Assembly (NCBI GenBank): GCA_013416795.1
Contig: RQSC01000005.1
Location: forward strand, 6,928 to 63,622
Reading direction: 5' to 3'
DNA length: 56,695 bases
Origin: Prasinococcaceae sp. CCMP 1430
Taxonomy: Eukaryota > Plantae > Prasinodermophyta
Position 1 is the first letter of the stretch. Each line of letters begins with the position of its first letter. The notes under the pieces were generated by a model. It saw only the letters and a list, made by a program, of their open reading frames with translations. It made no database searches and had not been told where the DNA came from. Made by a program: the position numbers and the translations under genes. This document shows positions 9,608 to 20,433 of this stretch, one piece after another.

Positions 9608-10478
9608 CTCCAGCTGCGCGAGGACATTCGCCCAGCGACCGGCGGCATTCGCATGGAGAGGCTGTTTCGATGGGAGGAGAGCGTGTGGCTGCCCACTGGC
9701 TGCCTGCAGCTGCTCCGGGCGCTGCACGAGCGCAGGTGCGCGCGAACACGCGCGCGTGGCGCGTGCGCCCACACGCGCAAGCGCGCGCGCGCGCACGCGC
9801 TCCACACACGCAAGAGTGCGTGCGTCTCCACTGCGCTCCGCGTGCGCGGGGCTTTGCGCGCGCTGACGTTGTACGCCTTCGGTCTCCGTGATCCGATTCC
9901 CTGCGCCTTTAATCGGTCGCCCTGGCGTGCGCGGTCCGCGCAGGCCGCACCACGCTCTTGTCGCCGCCGACTTCTCGCGCCTGCCGCCCGCCGGCGGCGT
10001 GGTGGGCGAGATGGCGCCCGTGGTCGCGTCCAAGTCTGACGGCGTCAACACCGACCACAGCACGTACCTGGTGGAACCCGGCACCGCGGACATATTCTTC
10101 CCGACGGATTTTCACCTGCTCAAGAAGATGTGGCTTGAGAGCGCATTGGAGGACGCAGTCGCGCAGGAGCTGAAAGAGAAGGTGCGCGGGGAGCGGCATT
10201 TCGCGAGGGCGAGGGCGCCTTCCGCGCGAGCGCGCTCGCTGGACGCGCGCGCGCGAGAACTGACCCAGCGCTGCGCCCGAACTCAGGCGGCGGAGCACGA
10301 CGACAGCAAGCTCAAGCTCAAACTGGCGTTGCCGCGCTCGGTGGCGATGACGCAGGACCGCTTCATGGCCACATTCGCGGACGCGTCCCGGTGCCGCCTG
10401 GGTGACGGCTACAACCCGCTGCTCGAGGACTTCGGGAACGCCGCATTTTTCCTCTCGCACGGCCTGCCGAAGAAGTAA
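9608..10478 (+). CDS. SAM-dependent methyltransferase of the NDUFAF7/MidA (DUF185) family, 3' part; exons about 9608-9735, 9944-10181, 10287-10478
   Basis: Spliced reading VWLPTGCLQLLRALHERRPHHALVAADFSRLP..YLVEPGTADIFFPTDF..GYNPLLEDFGN; GT-AG introns in matching phase. 5' end lost at N9607. Confidence 0.75.
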
Positions 10479-10663
10479 AGCCGATGAGACATCTTACATA
10501 CAGTGCCACTTGCGACATTTACTCTCGCTCTCCTGCTCTACGTGCTCGGGCGTGCTTACGCGCTCGTCGCGCCACCAAAATCGAACTGTTTGCGCACGCG
10601 CAGCTCGAACGTGCGCCCCGGCGCTCATGCATGCTCTTGCATGTCCCAAAACTCCATCAGCCT

Positions 10664-12403
10664 CTACCGTCCGCCCCAGAAGCGCCACCACGGCGCCTTC
10701 TCCGAGTCGCTGCCGCTGTCGGGGGTGTGCTCGTCACCCGTGGCGCGCTGGGAGGCATCGCTGGCGCTGCTGCGGCTGCTCCACAGCCGCCACCACGGCC
10801 GTCGCTGATCATCGTAGAGTTGCTGCGACGCTCCCTGCTCTCGGCGCGAGGAGCCTGCGCCAGCGCGCCGCGACTCGTCGTTTGGCAGCACTCGCGTTCC
10901 GTGGGACCTCCTGAAGGCCCGCTCGTTGCTCACGACAGCTCCCAAGCCCAGAAAGCGGCGGTTTGCTCTCACGCGCTTGTCGTTCAGTTCTTCCAGGTAG
11001 TGCTCCTTGTCCTGCTCGTTGACGACGCCCTCCTTGTACAGGTCCTCAACCACATGGGCCTCGCGGGTGAGCATGAGATTGATGACCTGGACCGTGCGCA
11101 GGTTTTCCAGGACCTCGGGCCTCACCTCGGCGAGTCGCTGCAGGTAGGCCAGAGCGTGCGCTTCGTTCACCTCGGACATCTCGTGGAGGCGGGTGAGCTC
11201 GTTCTTCACGGTTGAGTGGCATATGGAGATCTCCTCCCCCGTCACATCCTCCTCGTGCGTCCCGGGCCCGGCGATGGGCTGGGGAAGGACGACGTGATGC
11301 GTCTTCGTTCGCTTGAGCATCTCGCCGCTAGAAGAGAGCCGCTCGTACAGATCCATGCCACGCCCGTGCACGCGGGCCGCGGGTCGCGGCGAGGACGAGC
11401 CGCCGGCGGTCGCAGCATGGTCGTCCATAGCCTCGACCTCCGCCTGGGCATTGATGGCGTTGGCGTCCTGCTCGAGTAGCTGCTCGCCGTCGGGGGCCGG
11501 TACGTCGCCGGTCAGGGGGGCCATAACTTCGCGGCCCATGTTGATCATCGCACGTCCTCCTGTCGAAATGTCGTTCGCGATGCCCTGCCCAGCTTCCGCA
11601 AAAGCTTCAACGGTCGCGCGGGCAGTCTTTTCAGCGCGCTCGCGCGCACCGGGCGCAGCTTTCAGTGTGGCGGTGATTGCGTAGCGCCTCGGGCGGCTGT
11701 GACCCGCGAGCGCGCTGAGGTCCAGCTCCGATTGCGTGCGATGTCTCATGTTGGCGTGGCCTCGAGTAGAAGAGTCTTCCTCTAAGGAGCTCAGTGTCAT
11801 CTGTTCGGTGAACTCGCGCCCACCTTCCTTGGCCTCGGGCCTGCCACCGGGGGGCGGGGAGCCGTCCTCCGATGATCGATGGGACTCGCGCTCCTTCTTG
11901 CGCGCAATGCGACGCACGCCCGCGCCGAGCACGCGGCGCAGAAATGCGGTCGCCTCGCGGTGTGCCAGGATGTACGAGACCGCCAGGGAAGCACCCGTGA
12001 CGACATCGTTGGAGAACGAGAAACCCACATACTGGCCGGCGAAGTAGTTCGCCCGCGCCCACAGGCGCTGGTACCAGGTTCGAAGCTCTTTGCCTTCAGG
12101 GCAGTGGCGCTTGAGGACGTCCCAGTCACTGAACATTTCCATGCTCACCTGCTCGATGGCCTCGTCGGTCACGTCGATGAGCACGTTGGCGGCGCGCTCC
12201 TCGAGGTAGCCCTCGGTGAGCTGGTTCCAATACGCGCGCTGCAGTCCCATGTAGAAGCGCGTGCGCAGCTCCTTTGACACGCTGCAGCGCACCGAGGTGT
12301 ACACCTTCTCGCGCCTCTGGTCCTCGCTGACGTCGGTCTTCCATGCCTTCGCCTCCTCTGACTCTACCTGAAGAGTCGCAGTGCGCCGCAGCATCTCGAG
12401 CAC
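10664..12403 (-). CDS. SOS1/NHX7-like Na+/H+ antiporter cytosolic region (no TM exchanger domain or cNMP domain visible)
   Basis: ELRTRFYMGLQRAYWNQLTEGYL..AANVLIDVTDEAIE..DWDVLK; AVSYILAHREA; EVRPEVLENLRTVQVINLML..EGVVNEQD. These parallel the SOS1 juxtamembrane cytosolic blocks as I recall them. Confidence 0.7.
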   Translation of the reverse strand: MLEMLRRTATLQVESEEAKAWKTDVSEDQRREKVYTSVRCSVSKELRTRFYMGLQRAYWNQLTEGYLEERAANVLIDVTDEAIEQVSMEMFSDWDVLKRHCPEGKELRTWYQRLWARANYFAGQYVGFSFSNDVVTGASLAVSYILAHREATAFLRRVLGAGVRRIARKKERESHRSSEDGSPPPGGRPEAKEGGREFTEQMTLSSLEEDSSTRGHANMRHRTQSELDLSALAGHSRPRRYAITATLKAAPGARERAEKTARATVEAFAEAGQGIANDISTGGRAMINMGREVMAPLTGDVPAPDGEQLLEQDANAINAQAEVEAMDDHAATAGGSSSPRPAARVHGRGMDLYERLSSSGEMLKRTKTHHVVLPQPIAGPGTHEEDVTGEEISICHSTVKNELTRLHEMSEVNEAHALAYLQRLAEVRPEVLENLRTVQVINLMLTREAHVVEDLYKEGVVNEQDKEHYLEELNDKRVRANRRFLGLGAVVSNERAFRRSHGTRVLPNDESRRAGAGSSRREQGASQQLYDDQRRPWWRLWSSRSSASDASQRATGDEHTPDSGSDSEKAPWWRFWGGR

Positions 12404-13347
12404 GGCGCCGCCCGTCTCCGCATGGCCCTTGGCCCCGCCGTCGTTCGTCGTCGCCCCCCGCTCCCATCAGATCGCATGCGAACGGGGGGGCGTCGCGGGC
12501 GCCGCAGCGCGATGCGATGCGGTGCGATGCGCGCGCGGGCGCTTCATCAATCCAACCGCAAAGCGCGCAACGGCTAAGCGCGCGCGGCCGGGGCGGAAAA
12601 GGGGAACGAACGAAAGAAAGGGAAAGAATGAAAGAAACAACGGAAAGGGCATTGGAGAGGTTGGGTCGTTGGGTGGGCGGATGGACGGGCGGATGCGCAT
12701 CCCCTGCTGCCGGTGCTGCTGCTGCTGCAGTCGCTGCGCTCGTCGTCGCCTGCTCCATCCATCCCGTCACGCACCATGACACGTGACGGGCAGTAGTGTG
12801 CCCCGAATCCGATCCACGTGCGCTGCGGCAGTCGCCATGGGCGTGCACGACGACGCGTCGCCACCCGGGGGTCCATCCATCCATCCGCCCGCCGACCCAG
12901 CTCCAAACGGTCATCCACCGCCACGTGGAAACACACGTGCGGCTCGGGCGGGCGCGCGCGCGCAGCACGCCCCCGCCGCCTGCAAAAAAAGGGCAACAAC
13001 GTTCGGGCCTCGGCGCCCTCCTGGCTTTTCAACGTGACTTCCAAATCGTCCCGCGACGACATATGGCACACACGCGTTCTAACGCGCGCGCGCGCGCGAC
13101 CTGCACAAGGCAGATGCGCGGCTTGCCCCCGCCTCCGCGGAGGGGCGATTGCTCGCCTAACACAAACACTGAGGTTCTCTCGCGCGACCTCGGTCGCGCG
13201 CGGCTGCGAGCGACGCACAGCGTCGCGAGCAGCAGAACTGGCACGACCGCCGCGCGCGCGTACCCTAGGGTTGCGTTGGGGAACGGATCCTCCAGATCCT
13301 CGTCCCCCGTTGTTGCCTCGCCGGGTTCTCCGCGCGGGCGGCCGGGA

Positions 13348-13361
13348 TAGGGTTAGGGTTT
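13348..13361. promoter_or_regulatory. Telo-box-like motif (AAACCCTA on the minus strand)
   Basis: tagggttagggttt in intergenic DNA between divergent genes. Confidence 0.4.
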
Positions 13362-14062
13362 GCAGGTAACCTCTATTTCGGCGAAATGACCAGAACGGGC
13401 GGATGGAGCTGAGCTGGCGCCCGCCCGCCCGCCCGCCCGCGCGGCGAAGGGTGGTGCGCGGCCCCGCGGCGGCGGGGTGGGTGGGTGCGCGGGTGGGGAA
13501 GAGAAAGGGGTCCGCGGCGAGGGCGGGGACGGCGCCGCGGGTCTCTCCCCCACCCAACGACCCAACCACCCATGGCTGGCCGGCCGGGGTTATCTGATAT
13601 GTCGACGATGCAAATTGTAAGACGGATCCCGCATCCACCTAATTCAGCGTGCCGAGGCAGGGGGAAGAGAGGTGGGATGGATTCGCCGATCGGTCCCCGG
13701 CGTGCATGGCGGATGATGGTGGTGGCCACGCCGCTGCGGATGATGGCTTGGTTGGAGGGCGGTGCCGGTGCGGCAGCAGCAGATCTGATCTGGCTGAGAT
13801 CTCCTCCTCCACCGCCACATCACATCACATCTGGCTTGGGATGATGCATCATCAGGACAGTCTCAGTCAGCATCATCAGATCTCCCCCGTGGGGCGGGGC
13901 CGCCGCGCAAGCGGATGAGGCCGATTGCGCGCGACGCGCGCAGGCCGGGGCAGGGCAGGAAGGGACTCGCGCACGGCACGTGCGTGCGCGGGGGGGGGGG
14001 GCATCGCGGCGGCGGCCAGGGAAAGGCGCGGCCGCGGCGCGGTGGGAGTGCAGGGGGTCAGC

Positions 14063-15130
14063 ATGGCAGCGNCCCGCGCCGAGGGCGGCGGCCCGGGCGG
14101 CCTGCTGGGCGGCCTCGGCCGCGCGCTGCTCGAGAAGAGCCAGGGCAGCGCCGACAGCGCCGCTGCCGTCAAGGGCGGGCTGCGCAAGACCGGCGCCCAG
14201 CTCTCCGTGATCGACAGCGTGCTGGGCGCGCTGGGCGTGGGCGGCGGCAGCGCCGTGGACGACGTGCTCGACGAGCTCGAGGAGGTGCTCATCATGAGCG
14301 ACTTCGGGCCGCGCACGTCCGGCAAGCTCTGCGACGCGCTGCGCGAGGAGATCGAGGACGGCGCGCTGGACGCCACCGACGGCGTGGCCGTCAAGGCGCG
14401 GCTCAAGGGCATGATCGTCGACACGCTCGCCGCGGCCGAGGGCGACGCCGCGCTGCGCCTCGGCGAGCGGGCCGCCGGCGGCGGCGGCGGCGAGGGGGGG
14501 CCGGCCGTCGTGCTCATCTGCGGCGTCAACGGCGCCGGCAAGACGACCACCATCGGCAAGGTCGCCAACATGCTGCGGGGGGAGGGCGCCAGCGTCATGC
14601 TCGGGGCGGGCGACACCTTCCGCGCGGCGGCGGTCGAGCAGCTCGAGGAGTGGGCGGGTCGAACGGGGTGCTCCTTCCACCGCGCGGCGTCCAAGGAGGA
14701 GAGGCCCGCGGAGGTGCTCACCGGCGCCGTCCGCAAGGCCACCGAGGCCGGCGACGTCGACGTCGTCGTGTGCGACACGTCGGGCCGCCTGCACAACAAC
14801 TACGAGCTCATGGACGAGCTGGAGGGCGTGCGCGACGCGCTGGCCGAGATGCGGGAGGGCGCCCCGGACGAGACGCTGCTCGTGCTCGACGGCACCACCG
14901 GACTGAACATGCTCACGCAGGCTCGCGAGTTCAACGACACCGTCGGCGTGAGCGGCCTCGTGCTCACCAAGCTGGACGGCACCGCGCGCGGCGGGTGCGT
15001 GGTGAGCGTGGTGGACGACCTGAAGATCCCCGTCAAGTTCATCGGCGTCGGCGAGAGGCTTGAGGACCTGCGGCCGTTCGACGCCGCGGCGTACGTCGAC
15101 GCCCTCTTCCCGGACGACGCGGCGGAGTGA
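14063..15130 (+). CDS. FTSY: Chloroplast SRP receptor cpFtsY (N-terminus uncertain, N at 14072)
   Basis: NG domain: LEEVLIMSDFG, GVNGAGKTTTIGK, GAGDTFRAAA, DTSGR, LDGTTG, TKLDGTARGG, PVKFIGVGERLEDLRPFD. Confidence 0.96.
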   Translation: MAAXRAEGGGPGGLLGGLGRALLEKSQGSADSAAAVKGGLRKTGAQLSVIDSVLGALGVGGGSAVDDVLDELEEVLIMSDFGPRTSGKLCDALREEIEDGALDATDGVAVKARLKGMIVDTLAAAEGDAALRLGERAAGGGGGEGGPAVVLICGVNGAGKTTTIGKVANMLRGEGASVMLGAGDTFRAAAVEQLEEWAGRTGCSFHRAASKEERPAEVLTGAVRKATEAGDVDVVVCDTSGRLHNNYELMDELEGVRDALAEMREGAPDETLLVLDGTTGLNMLTQAREFNDTVGVSGLVLTKLDGTARGGCVVSVVDDLKIPVKFIGVGERLEDLRPFDAAAYVDALFPDDAAE

Positions 15131-15365
15131 GCGGAGCGGCCATCGCGCGCGAGCGGCGGCGCGGCGGAGGCGCCTGCCGCGGCGCGCGCGCGCCTGCCGC
15201 CGCGAGCAGCCCATGCAGCAGCCTAAATGACCCACCATTTTATGTCTCATTTTACGCGGCGCCGCTGCCGTCGCTCGTTCGCCGGCTTCCGACTCGCCCG
15301 TGCTGCGCGCCGTCTCCCGAGCGTGCTCCGCGGCGCCAGAGGATCGTCCGCACCGCCGCGGTGGT

Positions 15366-15422
15366 GCTGTCGGCGCGCCGACACCGCCCGGGGGGCGGGT
15401 TCGTCGGCCGCGCGTCACGTGC
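15366..15422 (-). promoter_or_regulatory. SECIS element (type II) in the GPX 3'UTR
   Basis: Minus strand reads GUGAC-gcgcggccgac-gAA-cccgcc cccc gggcgg-u-gucggcgcgc-CGAC: GA/GA quartet, helix II, apical AA and mini-helix III. An outer stem pairs 15336-15345 with 15423-15431. Confidence 0.82.
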
Positions 15423-15516
15423 ATCCTCTGGTCACCTGCGGAGCTGCCAGGGGCGCGCAGCAGAGGGGCCGCAGTCGGGCCGGGGCGCTGGCGTCTGATG
15501 CGGTCCTGGAGGCCCT

Positions 15517-16529
15517 CTACAGATCCTCTGCGAGGGCCGCCTCGATGTCGGCGCGCATGTCGTTTGGCTTCACTGCGGTGGCGTATCGCTTGATGACGCG
15601 CCCGTCCCTGCCCACCAGGAACTTCTCGAAGTTCCAGCCAATCTCAGCGCCCCCGGTCTGTTCCTTGAGGTACCTGTACACACCGCACGTGCCCTCGCCT
15701 TTGACGCTCACTTTGTGGAACATCGGGAACCTGACGCCCTTCTCGGCGGCGAACGCGGCGATCTCGGCGTCGGTGCCAGGCTCCTGTGCGCCGAAGTCGT
15801 TGCTGGGAAACGCCAGCACCGTGAATCCCCGCCCCTCGAGCTCGTCGAACAGCCGCGGCAGCTGCTCGTAATGGACGGCGGTCGCGCCTCAGTGGGTCGC
15901 CACGTTGACGACCACAGAGACCAGGCCGGCGAAGGACGCCAGCGCGATCTGCGCCGCGAGCCGCGGGGGTTGGGGGCGCTCGAGTCAGCACTCGCAAACG
16001 GCCGGCCAGCGCGCGTGCCCGCTCACACGCACTCAGGGGGGGATGCCACTCACGGTGGGGCCGCGGGCGCGGGCGGCCAGCGTGAGCTCGAAGCAAGGCG
16101 CTGTCGCACCTCGCTGCCGTCGATACCGGTGGCGGTGCCGAGGGCGTACAGTCCTTTGGCCTGCGGGATGTGCGCCTGCGGCGGCGGGCTGAGCTCGGGC
16201 TGGGCCACCTGCTCCGCCGCCTGCGCGAGCGCGCTGTCGGCTCGCAGTGCGCCGGCGTCGCTGGCGCGCGCGGCGCTCTTTGGCTTTGAAACGCGCACAG
16301 TGGCACTCTTGAGCTCCGCTTCCTCCCCAGCGAGCGCCACCGGTGATCTGACAAAGCTAGGCAGCGAGAAGGCCGCCGCACCCGCCAGCGCGAGCATCGC
16401 CACCCAGCACAGCACTCGCGTCACACGCGACCGCCTGCGCCCGCCGCCCCCGCCGGGGCTCGCGGTGAGCGCGCCTGCGCCCGCGCGGCGATGTACATCA
16501 CGCGTGAGCGGCAGCTCCATGGACGCCAT
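15517..16529 (-). CDS. GPX: Selenocysteine glutathione peroxidase with an N-terminal signal anchor; exons 16529-16110 and 15948-15517; Sec TGA at 15891-15889
   Basis: Spliced reading GIDGSE|IALASFAGLVSVVVNVATH-TGA-GATAVHY..VLAFPSNDFGAQEPG..IGWNFEKFLV. The TGA sits exactly at the catalytic position of NVASxUGxT. Phase-0 GT-AG intron, and a SECIS downstream. Confidence 0.92.
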
Positions 16530-17030
16530 GCGCGCGAGCGCGCGCGCCCCGCGCGCGCTCAGTGCCCNGGGAGACGGGCACGGGCCGGGGGGCGCTCGCG
16601 GTTTGCGACGCCCCCCCCGCGCGCTTTTCTCATGGCTGCGGGAGCGGGCTGTTGAGCGCATGTCGCTCACGAGCAGCAGAGCGCAGCACCACCAGCCGTC
16701 AATATGAAGCCGGCGTCTCATCAAAATGCATCTGTTCGGAGCGCGCACGATTTCCGTAACTGCCAATGGGTTTTGGGACGTGGCCGCCCGCCCGCGCGCG
16801 CACGTGCGCATGCGCGCGCGGCTGAGCCGCACCATGCCGCTGCACCGGCCGCGTTGTGCCACACGGCACAGCGCGGGCGGGCAGCGGAGAACAGCGTGGG
16901 TGAGGGTCGGAGGGGTGTGTGTGTGTGTTTGTGCGTGTGGTGGTGGTTGCGGTGGCGGTGGTGGTGGGGCTCTGGGCTGGAATTGGTGGGGAGGTGGGCT
17001 GGGCCGGGAGGAGGGGCAGTGCCGCGCCCC

Positions 17031-18216
17031 ATGGAATGGCGGCCACCAACGGACGACTGCGCGCTGGCGGCAGCCGTGGGCGCGCACGGTGCGGCGGGCT
17101 GCCGCGCGGTGCTCACGGCGAAGGAGGCGCTCCTCGCCGCCGATGCGGTCGACGAGGAGTTGGAGAGGGCGCTCGCCGCCGTGCAAGCTGGGCAAGCGGA
17201 CGAAGACGAGCGCTTCGGCAGGGTGCTCGCAAGGGGAGAGGTGCGCTCGTGCAGGCGACGAAAGCGGCGGTGCGAGCTTGCTGGGCGGTGGCACAGGCAT
17301 TGGCCTGCTGGGAGCCAGTAGCACCCTCTGCTGCAACCAGAGAGCACACGCGTGTCACCAGCGCTGCCACTCGCCTCGCGTTCTGACACCGCCCGCGCGC
17401 AATCGCAGCATGCGCGCTTCGACCTCAAGTACGATCCCCCCCTCCCCCCCCCTGCGCGCGCGCGCCGGCATCAGCAGCGCAGCCTCGCCTCGCTTGCGTG
17501 GTCGCTGCAATTGTGACGCCCGCGCTAACGCTCAGCCGTGCTGCATCTCCTCGCACTCGCGCGCAGACTTCCCATCAACGCGCGCACCAAGCCTGCGCTC
17601 GACGCCGCGCTGGGCGCGCTGCGCGCTGTGCTGGGCGAGCTGCTGAGCGAGCAGTGCATGTGCGTGGAGCTCGCGGCGCTCGTCGCCGAGCCCGGAGCTG
17701 AGGCGCAGCCCTGGCATCCTGACACTCAGATCCCGACGGGCGGTGGGGGTGGCACGCCCCTCTACACGGCCTTCATCGCGCTGCAGGACGTGGGTGCAGA
17801 GATGGGCCCCACCGAGCTGTTGTTGGGCACCCACACGGCGGACGCGCACGCCGCCGCTCGCGAGGCGGGTGGGGCGGCGGCGGTAGAGGGCATCGCCGGA
17901 GAAGGTGCGCGCGCCGCGGCGCCTTAATGTGCGTTGAGTGCGCTGACGCAGCGGTGTGCGCGCGCCGGCGCAATCCGTGGCGCGCCGGCGCCCCCAAGCT
18001 GCGCTGTGCCGCGCCGTGTGCTCCGCAGGCGACGCGTACGTGATGGACTCGCGCACGTGGCACCGCGGCGGCGCCAACGCTTCGCGCGCCCGCCGGAGGC
18101 TGCTGTATGCGACGTTCTGCGCTCCCGGCAACAGCCCGCCACCGGGTAGCACGCTGTCGCTGTTGGACGTCTTCGAGGGCCGCCTCAGGCTGTGCGCGCA
18201 CCGGGCGTGGGCGTGA
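17031..18216 (+). CDS. Phytanoyl-CoA dioxygenase (PhyH)-like 2OG-Fe(II) oxygenase, 4 exons
   Basis: Spliced reading ..RGE|HARFDLK|LPIN..AQPWHPDT..YTAFIALQDVGAEMGPT..G|DAYVMDSRTWHRGGAN..RRLLYATF gives the HxD...H facial triad. Confidence 0.82.
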
Positions 18217-18276
18217 CCTCATGTAGTCTATGTACAGTTTGTATGCGTATCATTGTCGTGCAGTGCGTCCCTTGCA

Positions 18277-18516
18277 TCACATGCTGGCGCCGGCGCCTGC
18301 GCGCTTGCCGTCGCCGGCGCTGTTCTGCCGCCTCCCCTTGCCCTTGCCGCCTTTCGCCTTGGCGGAGGGCGCCTTGCCGCGCGCCGGCGCAGGCTTCCCG
18401 CGCCGGAGTTGGGCCGCGTCGGCGGCGGGCAACGGCAGCGCCGCATGCGCCTGCTCTCGCGCGCCCTCGGTGGGCCCGGCCGTCGCCTCGGGCGCATCGG
18501 GCGCGAGCTGGGCGTG
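18277..18516 (-). CDS. Basic, low-complexity C-terminal fragment of an unknown gene cut by the N gap
   Basis: HAQLAPDAPEATAG..GKAPSAKAKGGKGKGRRQNSAGDGKRAGAGASM* begins at the gap edge. Confidence 0.4.
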   Translation of the reverse strand, partial: HAQLAPDAPEATAGPTEGAREQAHAALPLPAADAAQLRRGKPAPARGKAPSAKAKGGKGKGRRQNSAGDGKRAGAGASM

Positions 18517-19824
18517 NNNNNNNNNNNNNNNNNNNNNNNNNNNNNNNNNNNNNNNNNNNNNNNNNNNNNNNNNNNNNNNNNNNNNNNNNNNNNNNNNNNN
18601 NNNNNNNNNNNNNNNNNNNNNNNNNNNNNNNNNNNNNNNNNNNNNNNNNNNNNNNNNNNNNNNNNNNNNNNNNNNNNNNNNNNNNNNNNNNNNNNNNNNN
18701 NNNNNNNNNNNNNNNNNNNNNNNNNNNNNNGCGAGCATCGCCGCTCGCGGGGGGGGGGGCGCGGCGCTCGCGGGCTCGCGCGCGCTGTGGCGCCCGCTGC
18801 CGCAGCAGCAGCACAGCGGAGCAGGCAGGCGAACAACCCAAAGGAATGTCCCAAACAAATGAAAAAGGGGGGAAACCGTGCCAATCCAATGCAAGCAATT
18901 TCCCCATCAACGCCCAGCAGCACGGGGCGGTAGTGGTCACAGACAGGTTTGCTGTGGTTGGTTGGATGAGGAGACCTTTCTTTGCCCAGCGTGGATTCCA
19001 TGAATTCTGCACCGTGCCAGTCGCCAGCCACTCGTGTGTGGAACGGCGAAGCCGTAATTTGATCCGAAAATTCGCCGCCGCGACGCGCAGGGCGGCGCCG
19101 CGCGGCGCCTGCGCCCGCGGCGCTGAGCTGGCGCACGCGCACCGCCCGCGTGGCGCCCCCGCGTAAAAAAAAAAAAAAAAGATCCGCATCTGCGTTCGCG
19201 CGTGAAGAATCCAATTCATTTCGACATATGCTATTACTCTCCCGTTTTTATATTGCAGCTCTGTTTTTTTCCCTCTCGCTCTCTCGAGACGACGCTTTTC
19301 TGCTCCGCAGCACCCCCACAGCGCGTACGCGCTGCGTCGGGGCGAGGGCAGGTGAGGGCGCGAGGGGCTGGGATTGGTCAAGGAGCCTCCTGTCACGCGC
19401 GCGCGCGCCTCGTGCGAGCGGCGGTGCGGAGGCGGGCGCGCCTTCGCGCGCCTGCGCGCCGCGCCTCCCCACCTCCCTCCCGGCCGCGGACGGCCCCTCG
19501 CTCGTGCGGCCCGCGCACCTCCGGCCGGTGCCGAAGGCGAGCGCCTGCCGCCCGCCAGCCCACACACCCGCCCGACCAAGCCAAGCCAACCGCGAGCCGA
19601 ACCACTCGGACTGTGCGCGCGCCCAGTCAGAGTCTGCGTTTGCTTGTGCTCGTCATTTGTTTGGTGACTCGCCTTCTCCTGCTGCCCCATTCGTCGATCG
19701 AACCGGCCGGATGGGAGTGAGTGGGCGATTTCGATGATCCGTTTCCAGCCCGGCCAGGCTCGAGCTAGTAGCCAGAGCTAGAGAGTCAGACCACCCCCAG
19801 CGAGCCAGCCGGCCCGTCGTGAGC

Positions 19825-20433
19825 ATGGTCAATTTCAATTCGTTTCATGGCGCCGCGCCCCACCACGGCCGCGTCTCACTGGGCCTGCGCAGGGTGGGGT
19901 GGGGTGGGGTGGGGTCTTTTGGCGCGCGCGTCCGGCCGGGCGGAGTGGGGGGTGGGCGCAGGGGCGGCGGAGGGGAGCCACTCCGCGCGCCGGGCGCGCA
20001 GACGGGCGCGCGGGAAGGAAAGGGGCGTCAGAGGCGCAGAGGCAGGCCAGAGGGGGCGGAGGTGGTCGTGCAATGCACGTCCGCCACGCCCGACAACTCG
20101 GCCGCCGGCGGGCGGGCGCTGCACGCGGGCGCAGAGGTGGCCGGCGTGGCCAACCTCGCGCGCGTCGAGCTCAAGGAGGGGGAGGGTGAAAAGGTCTCGG
20201 AGCGCATGGAGGGGGTGCTCGAGTGGTTCGACGAGCTCCAGCAGGTGGACGTCGAGGGCGTCCCCCCGGCGACGCGCGCCGGCGACGGCCACGCGCCTCC
20301 CGAGGGCGCCACGCAGTTCCGCGCCGACGAGCCCGTCAAATGCGCCGACCAGGACGCGCTGCTCGCCGCCGCGCCCGTCGTGGAGGACGGCTACTTCAGG
20401 GTGCCGCAGATACTCGGGGAGGCCGAGGGCTGA
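19825..20433 (+). CDS. GATC: Glu-tRNA(Gln) amidotransferase subunit C, organellar (5' structure uncertain)
   Basis: VAGVANLARVEL..VLEWFDELQQVDVEGVPPA..FRADEP..LLAAAPVVEDGYFRVPQIL. Confidence 0.9.
   Translation: MVNFNSFHGAAPHHGRVSLGLRRVGWGGVGSFGARVRPGGVGGGRRGGGGEPLRAPGAQTGAREGKGRQRRRGRPEGAEVVVQCTSATPDNSAAGGRALHAGAEVAGVANLARVELKEGEGEKVSERMEGVLEWFDELQQVDVEGVPPATRAGDGHAPPEGATQFRADEPVKCADQDALLAAAPVVEDGYFRVPQILGEAEG

Noticed and set aside
15889-15891. In-frame stop suggesting a GPX pseudogene
   Set aside because: It lies exactly at the catalytic residue and a SECIS follows, so Sec recoding is the better explanation.
16915-16935. (GT)n/(CA)n runs here and near 21340 and 21650
   Set aside because: Ordinary microsatellites in introns or intergenic DNA.
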